The translations under genes were made by a program, and so were the position numbers. Shown here piece after piece: positions 41,651-53,600 of a DNA stretch of 64,000 bases (positions are counted from its first letter, which is position 1; the number at the start of each line of letters is the position of its first letter). The DNA comes from Pecten maximus (taxonomy: Eukaryota). The notes below the pieces were generated by a model that was not told the DNA's origin, ran no database searches, and saw only the letters and a list, made by a program, of their open reading frames with translations. The stretch covers positions 26,164,001-26,228,000 of the forward strand of contig NC_047021.1 in NCBI RefSeq assembly GCF_902652985.1, written 5' to 3'.

Positions 41651-44600
41651 TTAAACACTGGTGCGCCCCCTTGACTGAGTGACCGGATGTAGTAACTCTA
41701 CGTGTGACAATCGCGCCATCTGGAAGCTTCCTCTACCATTCTGCTGCTGTAGGAAATCATTTGAATGGCAGCCCTGGAGAGACGCGGGTTTAAGACCGTA
41801 GTGTTTGTAGTGGTAGAGAAGCTTGTGTAGGTCTGGGAACGTCTCGCCTTTGAATATGAAATAAGACAACTGCCCGTTCTCTTGTGTCATGTATATGGCA
41901 TAATGGATCAACTTCCTCAGGTGACTGAAAGCAGAAACGGCGGTTTACTCATTTAAAACGGCGGTTTACTCATTTAAATCAAGATATTTATAGGACGAGT
42001 AATTCTTAATCTCCTTATCCGATTGTCCAGTTATCTTAATCCGAAATCAATTGGAACACAATGTTATATTTCCTGTTTCACAAAAAAAAATATTATAACA
42101 CGGAAAGGCTACAAAAATCTATTTTTGAAAAGTTGTATACTGTATAAGCGGGAAATAAAATGTTTATATAATATTGATTGAAGCTGATGGAGGGCAAAAC
42201 AAACCATGTCAAACTGTCTATGCAATTGTACACCATGAAAAGATAACATTAAAAAGACGATAGCAAATACAGACATTCGTACATTGTAACATGAATCCAA
42301 ATTCTACCATGTTTGCTATGTAACGCCAGTTTTGATTGGTTAAAAACCATGTATTATTTTCCAATAACCCACGCTCGTGCCAATAATACACGCTCGTGAG
42401 TCACGGCTGTTACAATTTTAAATATCTAATATTCACCCGTTTCATAAAAGGTTACTATAGCCGAGTGGGCTAATGTGTTAGTCTTTCAATATATTTTCGT
42501 CACGACGCGAGTTCGAATCCTTACGGAAGCCCCCACTTTTTTTTCTTTTCTTTTATCCTTTTTTTTTAAATTTTCAAAATCAATGCCATATGATAGATGC
42601 TCTTGATCGTAGTACTGTATTGCCTGTATATTTCATCAACAAATAATGCAATACTCAAGAAATAAATTACAAGGTTTTCCCGGGGTTTCTTTGCTGTTTT
42701 TCTATTAGAAAGAGGTCGATCTCAGAACTAAACAGTACATGGTAGAATAGAAATAATCAACTTTGACTCGTGTATTGTTGCAGGATATACAACTCGGACT
42801 CGGATATTTTGCAATTTTAATTAATAACTCAGGCCTGCGGCCTTCGTTATTAATTTAATTGCAAAATATCCTCATCCTCGTTGTATATCCTGCAATAATA
42901 CACGAATCATCGTTAATTATTTCTTAAGTAAACTGCATATGATACGTGAATTGAAATTTTTGTTGTGCTTTAAAAGAATTTCTAATGAAAATTTCCCGAA
43001 TTTTATTTTTGGCTCTAGTGTATCTATCTCTCACTCTGTACTAATATCTCCTGTAGTACAACCCTTTGATATTACACGTTGTAGAAGCTACTAGTGAACG
43101 TACGTCCTTGAGGTTCTCCGTTGCCTTTATGTCGTGTTCTGATTCATTAGTGTCACAATTCATAAGTGTACATGGCGTTCGTTTGACACCAAGATTAAAT
43201 AGTAAAAGTTATTTAATAATAGGGCTATTGCAACCCATCTCCCGATTTAATTGATATTTCTTTTGACATATTTGCGTTTCCTCAGTCGTCTCCTAGGTTC
43301 TAACACTAGCGTCACTGACGAGTCCTAGCACTACGAAACAGCTGTATGATGCAGGTTAATCCATGTGTGCTTCTACAATTATACTGTATCTATGATGCTA
43401 CTGTGTCTATGATGTTACTGTATCTATAATTCTACTGTATCTATGATTCTACTGTATCTATAATTCTACTGTATCTATGATTCTACTGTATCTATGATTC
43501 TACTGTATCTATGATGTTACTGTATCTATGATTCTACTGTATCTATGATGTTACTTTATCTATGATGTTACTGTATCTATAATTCTACTGTATCTATAAT
43601 TCTACTGTATCTATAATTATATTGTATCTATAATTCTACTGTATCTATGATTCTACTGTGTCTATGATGTTACTGTATCTATGATGTTACTGTATCTATG
43701 ATTATATTGTATCTATAATTCTACTGTATCTATGATGCTACTGTATCTATGATGTTACTGTATCTATAATTCTACTGTATCTATAATTCTACTGTATCTA
43801 TGATGTTACTGTATCTATAATTCTACTGTACCTATGATTCTACTGTATCTATGATTCTACTGTATCTATGATTCTACTGTATCTATGATTCTACTGTATC
43901 TATAATTCTACTGTATCTATAATTCTACTGTATCTATGATTCTACTGTATCTATGATTCTAGTGTATCTATAATTCTACTGTATCTATGGTTCTACTGTA
44001 TCTATGATTCTACTGTATCTATAATTCTACTGTATCTATGGTTCTACTGTATCTATGATTCTAGTGTATCTATAATTCTACTGTATCTATGGTTCTACTG
44101 TATCTATGATTCTACTGTATCTATGATTCTACTGTATCTATAATTCTACTGTATCTATAATTCTACTGTATCTATGATTCTAGTGTATCTATGATTCTAC
44201 TGTATCTATGATTCTACTGTATCTATGATTCTACTGTATCTATGATTCTACTGTATCTATGATTATATTTTATCTATAATTCTACTGTATCTATAATTCT
44301 ACTGTATCTATAATTCTACTGTATCTATGGTTCTACTGTATTTATAATTCTACTGTATCTATGATTCTACTGTATCTATGATTATATTTTATCTATAATT
44401 CTACTGTATCTATAATTCTACTGTATCTATAATTCTACTGTATCTATAATTCTACTGTATTTATAATTCTACTGTATCTATGATTCTACTGTATCTATAA
44501 TTCTACTGTATCTATAATTCTACTGTATCTATAATTCTACTGTATTTATAATTCTACTGTATCTATAATTCTACTGTATCTATAATTCTACTGTATCTAT

Positions 44601-47600
44601 AATTCTACTGTATCTATAATTCTACTGTATCTATGATTCTACTGTATCTATGGTTCTACTGTATCTATGATTCTACTTTATCTATAATTCTGCTGTATCT
44701 ATAATTCTACTGTATCTATAATTCTACTGTATCTATAATTCTACTGTATCTATGATGTTACTGTATCTATGATTCTACTGTATCTATAATTCTACTGTAT
44801 CTATGATTCTACTGTATCTATGATGTTACTGTGTCTATGATGTTACTGTATCTATAATTCTACTGTATCTATAATTCTACTGTATCTATAATTCTACTGT
44901 ATCTATGATTCTACTGTATCTACAATTCTACTGTATCTACAATTCTACTGTATCTATGATTCTACTGTATCTATGATTCTACTGTATCTATGATTCTACT
45001 GTATCTATAATTCTACTGTATCTATGATTCTACTGTATCTATGATTCTACTGTATCTATAATTCTACCGTATCTATAATTCTACTGTATCTGTGATTCTA
45101 CTGTATCTATAATTCTACTGTATCTATGATGTTACTGTATCTATGATGTTACTGTATCTGTGATGTTACTGTATCTACAATTCTACTGTATCTATAATTC
45201 TACTGTATCTATGATGTTACTGTATCTATGATTATATTGTATCTATGATTCTACTGTGTCTATAATTCTACTGTATCTATGATTCTACTGTATCTATAAT
45301 TCTACTGTATCTATAATTCTACTGTATCTATAATTCTACTGTATCTATGATGTTACTGTATCTATGATTCTACTGTATCTATAATTCTATTGTATCTATG
45401 ATGTTACTGTATCTATGATGTTACTGTATCTGTGATGTTACTGTATCTACAATTCTACTGTATCTACAATTCTACTGTATCTATGATTCTAATGTGTCTA
45501 TAATTCTACTGTATCTATAATTCTATTGTATCTATAATTCTACTGTATCTATAATTCTACTGTATCTATAATTCTATTGTATCTATAATTCTACTGTGTC
45601 TATAATTCTACTGTGTCTATAATTCTACTGTATCTATGATTCTACTGTGTCTATGATGTTACTGTGTCTATGATGTTACTGTGTCTATGATGTTACTGTA
45701 TCTATGATGTTACTGTATCTATGATTCTACTGTGTCTATGATGTTACTGTGTCTATGATGTTACTGTGTCTATGATGTTACTGTGTCTATGATGTTACTT
45801 TATCTATGATTCTATTGTATCGAACTTATTTGTTTTCACATGTCCTAATATCCTGTATCCTTTTTGTACAATCCTTTACATCATACAACTCCTGACGTAT
45901 TAGCCTGGAGGTATTATATGATAATTATGACTATCCCATTTGATTCTCAGTCGTCAACGTATTGACAGGTGATCTAAATTATTCTCGCATGAGTAAGTAA
46001 CAAAAGTCTATCACGAAGTATTTAGTGTTAACACAAACATCAAAACAGCAGAAAGTGCTCTTGGTGTAAAGGTATAAACAGAATTGCATTCATATAAATT
46101 CCGAGAAAGTTACTCAAGTGTATTTTTTTCATCCTAGCCTACGCTAACTATTTTGCCTGAAAACATTCCCACGGATTCAGATACACATCTTACAATTAGG
46201 ACTAAATATGCCATGGCTTTAGAATAAAACAGCGTGTCTATCTAAAAAGCCTCTATCTGCCTACATGGAATATCAAATTATGTGTCTACCTGAATGTAAG
46301 AACTACAAATGGCCGCTGTCAAAATAGACCTGAGGGGTAAAAAATGTCTACCTGTCAAACAGAATCATATTTCACAGTTATATGCCTACCTGACAATGAG
46401 AGCTAGGGATATCTGTCTGTTAAATATAATTATATGCCTACCTGACAATGAGAGCTAGGGATACCTGATAAACAGAATTATATGCCTACCTGATAATGAG
46501 AGCGAGGGATACCTGTTAAACAGAATTATATGTCTACCTGACAATGAGAGCTAGGGATACCTGTTAAACAGAAGTATATGTCTACCTGACAATGAGAGCT
46601 AGGGATACCTGTTAAACAGAATTATATGCCTACCTGATAATGAGAGCTAGGGATACTTGTTAAACAGAAGTATATGTCTACCTGACAATGAGAGCTAGGG
46701 ATACTTGTTAAACAGAAGTATATGCCTATCTGACAATGAGAGTTTGGGATACCTGTCTGTTAAACATAAATATATGCTTACCTGACAATGAGAGCTAGGG
46801 ATACTTGTTAAACAGAAGTATATGCCTATCTGACAATGAGAGCTAGGGATACCTGTTAAACAGAATTATATGCCTACCTGACAATGAGAGCTAGGGATAC
46901 CTGTTAAACAGAATTATATGTCTACCTGACAATGAGAGCTAGGGATACTTGTTAAACAGAAGTATATGCCTATCTGACAATGAGAGCTAGGGATACCTGT
47001 TAAACAGAATTATATGTCTACCTGACAATGAGAGCTAGGGATACTTGTTAAACAGAAGTATATGCCTATCTGACAATGAGAGTTTGGGATACCTGTCTGT
47101 TAAACATAAATATATGCTTACCTGACAATGAGAGCTAGGGATACCTGTCTGCTAAACAGAATGATATGCCTACTTGACAATGAGAGCTAGGGATACCTGT
47201 CTGCTAAACAGAATTATATACCTACCTGACAATGAGAGCTAGGGATACCTGTCTGCTAAACAGAATATACCTACCTGACAATGAGAGCTAGGGATACCTG
47301 TCTGCTAAACAGAATTATATACCTACCTGACAATGAGAGCTAGGGATATCTGTCTGGTAAACATAATTATGTGTCTTATCTAAAAATGTGGAACATATGT
47401 GCACTGAAAAAGAGATTTAAACGACTGCCCTGCATAGCTAGCAGTGACCTTAATGGTTTATGCTCGCCTACATGCCACTTACAGATAGGACTACGGACAC
47501 CTACATGACAAGGACTATATACAACTGCTGCTTACCTGACAGTGAGCACAAGCTTCTTCTTCGAGGCCATGTACCACAACAGGTAGTGTCCATCAGAGTT

Positions 47601-50600
47601 GATAAAGTGTCTCATCTTATTTTCCACCTGTCTCATTAGAACAATAAACAAGTCACTTTACGGAGTTACTATCTACATTGTATTGTCTTAGTTTAAATGA
47701 AATACATAACTTAATTAGCCCGTGTGTTTGATTCTGATTAAATTACACCAACATGTAAATGTTTCCCCAGCTCAATAACACTCACCGTGTTCTCATTATC
47801 CCTCGGACTCCATTCCAGGTATCTACCCAACACCTTGTTTAGGTGTACGAACTTTGAATCAGCGCCTCCTGACCTGCTGCTGGGGTACGGTGCTGGTCTG
47901 TTGTTGCGTGGGGGTAGCGTTGGGGGCGTGTCTTGACGACTAGATGAAATCTGATGACACCTATCTACCTTTCTGGCTGGTAGTGGTGGTACTGTTTGCA
48001 TCTCTGTTGGTTGAGGACAAATATCGTCTACATTGTATGACATTGTATGTGTCTCGGGAAAGTTAAAACGAGGCGATACAGTATTTGTCCTGCCATTGTC
48101 CGAAATTGGAATCTCCACTTCTTGTGTCCTGTCTGGCTCGTGTGGATATACTCGAGGGGTTGAATGATGCGTTGCATCCATATCACTATTCGCATTTTTA
48201 AATACATCATCCGCGTCATCGCAATGTTCTATAGGACTTCTGTGCTGACGAGTAAACATGTCACCGATTGTCCCCAGATTATGCCCGTGCATTACCTGTA
48301 CGTTATCGAAAGTGAATCGTCCGATGTTCGTTTCTTTGTAGGTCATAGTTTCCCTGTTTAAACGTTGATAGGATGCTGTCGTATCGGATACGGACCGACC
48401 CATTACATGGGGACGTGTCTCCACCAAACCTTCTGTGTCATTTTCCATTGTGATATTTTCGGTTACGACTCTTACAAGCTTGCAGTGTGTCTGGCTGTGG
48501 TAAGGCGCCTTCACGAATGTCTGTTCCAAGTCGTCATCATGAAAATCCTGGCAATGTTGAGCGTGGGATGACACTCGTTGGAAACTTTTGTATCCGGAAG
48601 TTTCTGGCGATATTTTGTCCAAATCAGATTTGTTATTTGTCCCTTTCATGTCCACATCCATATCAGTGGTAGACGACACAACGTTTTCATTATCCGAATC
48701 ATCACTCAACTTCCGCCTAGTAGCCTCGCCTTCTTGCTCTGTCCGTGTGACATTACATGTTGTATCTGTCCTGTGAGAAGCTATGGTGAATCGTTCTCTA
48801 CCTAAGCAGGACACGCTTCCGATCTCTGATAGCTCACATGTACAACTACGGCAGTGCAATCCGGACTCGATTTTTCGGAGAGTTCTGTTATTAATTTCCT
48901 TATCCAGTAGTGAGTGAACTGTTTTCTGAAATATGTAAAATCAACAGAATAATGAAAAGAAATGATGTAAATGAACAACTCTTCAAATTCAACACATTAA
49001 CATGCACGTCGTCACAGAGTAAAGACCACGTCGTCACAGAGTCAAGACCATGTCGTCACACAGTCAAGACCAAGTCGTCACACAGTCAAGACCAAGTCGT
49101 CACACAGTCAAGACCAAGTCGTCACAGAGTCAAGACCAAGTCGTCACAGAGCCAAGACCATGGCGTTACACAGTCAAGACCACGTCGACACATAGTCAAG
49201 ACCAAGTCGTCACAGAGAAAAGACCAAGTCGTCACAGAGTAAAGACCATGGCGTTACACAGTCAAAACCACATCGTCACAGAGTAAAGACCACGTCGTCA
49301 CAGAGTAAAGACCACGTCGTCACATAGTCAAGACCAAGTCGTCACAGAGTCAAGACCATGGCGTTACACAGTCAACACCACGTCGTCACAGAGTCAAAAC
49401 CACGTCGCCACAGAGTAAAGACCACGTCGTCACATAGTCAAGACCAAGTCGTCACAGAGTCAAGACCATGGCGTTACACAGTCAAGACCACGTCGTCACA
49501 TAGTCAAGACCAAGTCGTCACAGAGCCAAGACCATGGCGTTACACAGTCAACACCACGTCGTCACATAGTCAGGACCACGTCGTCACAGAGTAAAGACGA
49601 AGTCGTAACAGAGTCATGACCACGTCGTCAAAGCGTCGAGAACACTTCACCCTTCACAATGATAATCATTGTCCACTATTGAAAGTGAAAAGTCAGCCTA
49701 AGATTGAATACGTCACATTTGTCACATTCAACTATCCCGTCCCTACTTGTATGTTAAAATGGTATATATATAAATATTTGCTTTTTTACTTATAATTGTT
49801 TTATTATTATAAGTTTTCATTGATTTTTGTTGCTTTATTTTATTTTGGAAAACGTGTTTGACAAATTACCTGGGAAAAAGTTTTAAACTTGCCACAATAC
49901 AAGCATTCCTCTGAAACATAGTCTTTGTGGCCAGGACAGGTTTCAATGCAACGTTTATGATCATCTACTGAAATGTTTCTAACAGTTTGTGTGCCAGTCG
50001 GATGCTCTCTACTGATACCCGACTTATCACCAAGAATATGTCTTTCTCCTGTCTCGACGCTTTTGTGCGGACAAGCGTTACCGCTATAGCGTCCTGTTAA
50101 CTGTTGATTCGGTTCTGACAAGTTGTTTTGCTCCTCCTGATTGCGGTAATGAGTACATTCTAGATATGTTGTCAAGGAAATTCCTTTACCGGAGCGCCTT
50201 TTTCGGCGTACGGACAAATGCATGCCCTGAAAACGAGGAACATAAAATGATGTACTATGTATGATATAAAGTTATATAGAACGCAACACTTACACAAATA
50301 TTGAATTGACTTTTGATTGACTGTGAAAATGTTATGTTTTATTCAGAGAAATTGAATGGTATATTACTTTAAACTGATGTGCTCTGTCTGTCCATGCCGC
50401 GCAGATCTCATAATCCTGTAGCTCCCCGCCGAAGACATTTTCCAGACTATCCTTGAGCGTCGCCTGGCAACGGGTTGGCACGGTAAGGAAGTAAGGTTTG
50501 ACTGTGTCACACGGGACTGTCTCATCTGTTATCTTCAGGTGCAGCTTCATCGAGAGTAAGTCTGAAAGCATGGACCAGGACAGTGTAAGATATTAATTAA

Positions 50601-53600
50601 AAACTTTACAGGTAATATTAATTATACTGTATTACCTGTGTTATATTCCTATTTACTCTGTATTATTGTCAGTATATAACCCTGCCAAACAAAATCATAA
50701 TTCTCACATAAATGGTGCCGTGATATGATCAACGCTAAACAATGACGTTGTTTTGTCTGACTTCAAATATACTTAGTGTATTGTGACGTCCTTGCTACCG
50801 AATTAAACAAGAATTTCACGGAAGTTGATGTGTCGCCTGCACAGCAAGCTAGTAGATGGATCTCAGATTATCGCACGGAAACCATTGTACCCCGAAACAA
50901 TACATGTAGTTATGTTGCATTAAATATGAATACCATCACGGTGGAATATATCGCTTAAAACGATATAATTAGATTAATGAGTTTTTATTTCCACGAACTG
51001 TATTGTTTTTTGTCAAGAACGGTGTCGTGTACTCATAAGAACAGTTCCCATTAACAATACGAAATTTGATTTTGGAATGCAATGACACTGTAACAGATTT
51101 GATAAAAGAACAATCAAATCTAATGCGGAAATACCAGTATTAAACAGCCTTTGCTAGAAACTTATGGTCATATATAACACGCAGTATTCAATCTGTCTGC
51201 AATCCTGCGAGAATAATCAGACAATAGCTTTCCAAGGAAGGAAGTTTAATGCTTAAATAATGTTTATTTATCTAGGGACGTGACTAAGAGAATTATACAC
51301 GTATTTACATGAACATACTTTTTATTGCCTGTTCCAAAAACACGACACAGTCCAACCGGCCACACTGTTTTAGAGACTCCAATAACACGTATATAGATCG
51401 ACCCCTTTCCTGTTTCGTCCAGTCTCTCAAAACTAGGTATCCCGGTGGCTTGTACTCGGCAGTTGATTGGTGATCAAACTCGTCAATCTTGTCTCTAGAA
51501 TAGCCCATGATTTCAGCAAGGCTTGCCCAGTTACCTCTCGTCATGTTCTGTAGCTTCAGTGACAGTTGATATAATACCTAGTAAAGATACAGACACCAAT
51601 GATATGTATACAGTTATCGTCACATAGTCCATAGGTGTTTAGCACGTGTATAAGTCCAAGACCGATTATAGACTAATATATATAGAAAGGTCTGCAACTC
51701 ATCCGTCCTTCAAAAAATCGTCAATTTCATTCAAAGTGTCGTCAAAATGTTACCAGAAAAGATTTTTCAATGCCGATAGTCTTAATCAAACACTTGCATA
51801 CTCTCTATCTAAACTAAGATCATAAAATTCAAAGTCTCTCTATTAATAAGACATACTCCAAACACTACCCCTGAAAACTCTCTAAGACTAAATCCTTATT
51901 CCAAAGACTCACTCTGAAAACTCTTCCAACAACTCAATCTAACAAGAAATATCTTAAAAAAAAGATAAACGGCATAGTTTTAATGCTGGTGGTTATAATG
52001 TAAAACTACTGGTGAAATAAGTTAACGAACTACATTGTAATTAATAAATGCGCAGTTTCAGCACGGATAACAAAATTATATCAGTTTGAATCATTTTTGG
52101 TGATAATAAGACTGCAAATGTGTCATTTGAATAGATGCATCCACTTATTCAGCTTGCATTCAATTTAAAAGGGACATCACGGTAAAAACGTTGCAATTTT
52201 CACTGAATGTACGCGTTTTGTTCCTTTCCAGTTATGTTTCTGTGCTGTCCCAATGTTTACAGTCAATCCCTATGTCCAGCTTGACCACTCGATTTAGTTG
52301 GGAATCCCCCTCTAAATTTAGAGCGGAAATTATTTTTAAATCATTACGTGACTGTTATGAAATTGTGGCAGCACAAACACACGATAGTTTACAAGGCGAT
52401 ACATATATTTCATCTGGGTTAGTTGGATAACGATATTATACAGTGGTTTAAATGTTAAATAACACGTTCTGTATATATTACGGCACACATATTTATGTGT
52501 AAATAAGTGTAAACATTGTTCATATAGTATAGTGACAGTAGCGATGTACTGGTACAGACTGTATAAATATTACCGAGTTTGTGGAACTATTACAGAGTGT
52601 GTGGAAATCTTATCGAGATTGTCATGACCTACTATCAAACAATCAAGCAGAATACGAGCGGCGTCCGTATTACTGTTGTTTTCATGTTTGAACTGTTACA
52701 GTCTATTGTACTGCTTCCCAAGTTTAATTCTAGTATTGTGTTTGACCCATTTTCCTATTATTCTCTTCATTGCGGAAGCTGTTATCGTTTTCAACCGCAG
52801 TCGATTCACATTGGAAGCCATTTTTGTTTCCATGTGTTTTAGTTTGTTGTGCGCATGCGTTTATCGTATATGTCACAAAATTTTTGCATATTCAGATTGT
52901 TTGATAACCTTTTAATAATTGATAATTGATGTTTTTATGTACATAGGCCTACATCATCGAATTCGAATGGTTATTGTTCAGAAGGTTATTTTTTTTAAAG
53001 ATATACCTAATAATATGATAAAAAATACAAAATAAATATTGGTTTACCGTGAGGTCCCTTTAACTTTGTTTCGTTTTTAACTGTATATCTGCATTTTGCA
53101 TTGACCGCTACATTGACCAATCACATACTTCATCTTGACCAGAACGCCACCTGTCGCGTCATGTCCGGGGCCAAAACAAAATTAGACGACTATGCCGAAA
53201 AAAGACCCTACTCTAAGTTAACAGACCTTTATATATGGCCAGCAAACTATTTTTGACTAGTGACATCACTTGCTAAACCCCACTACATACACTATAGATG
53301 CTAAACTTAACCACCGACACAGTCTAATAATAGAATGACATCATGGTCTATATATACAATCTGTAGGAACCGACTATAAACAGAGCATAATAGACAACAT
53401 CAGATACTGGTCAACAGACAACATCAGATACTGGTCAACAGACAACATCAGATACTGGTACATAGACAACATCAGATACTGGTCAACAGACAACATTTAC
53501 ACTTAAATTCAACAAATGCCTGAACAAGGGAAATCAGCAAAACAAGATAGAGATACTCAGTGAAATATTTAAAGCAGAAACTCAGTAAAATACTCAACAC

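Noticed and set aside
42450-42537. Functional tRNA gene
   Set aside because: A and B boxes are present but acceptor and anticodon stems do not pair; it is part of a dispersed element
48910-49594. Ser/His/Gln-rich ORFs on + strand
   Set aside because: Frame-rotating translations of a 22-bp tandem repeat
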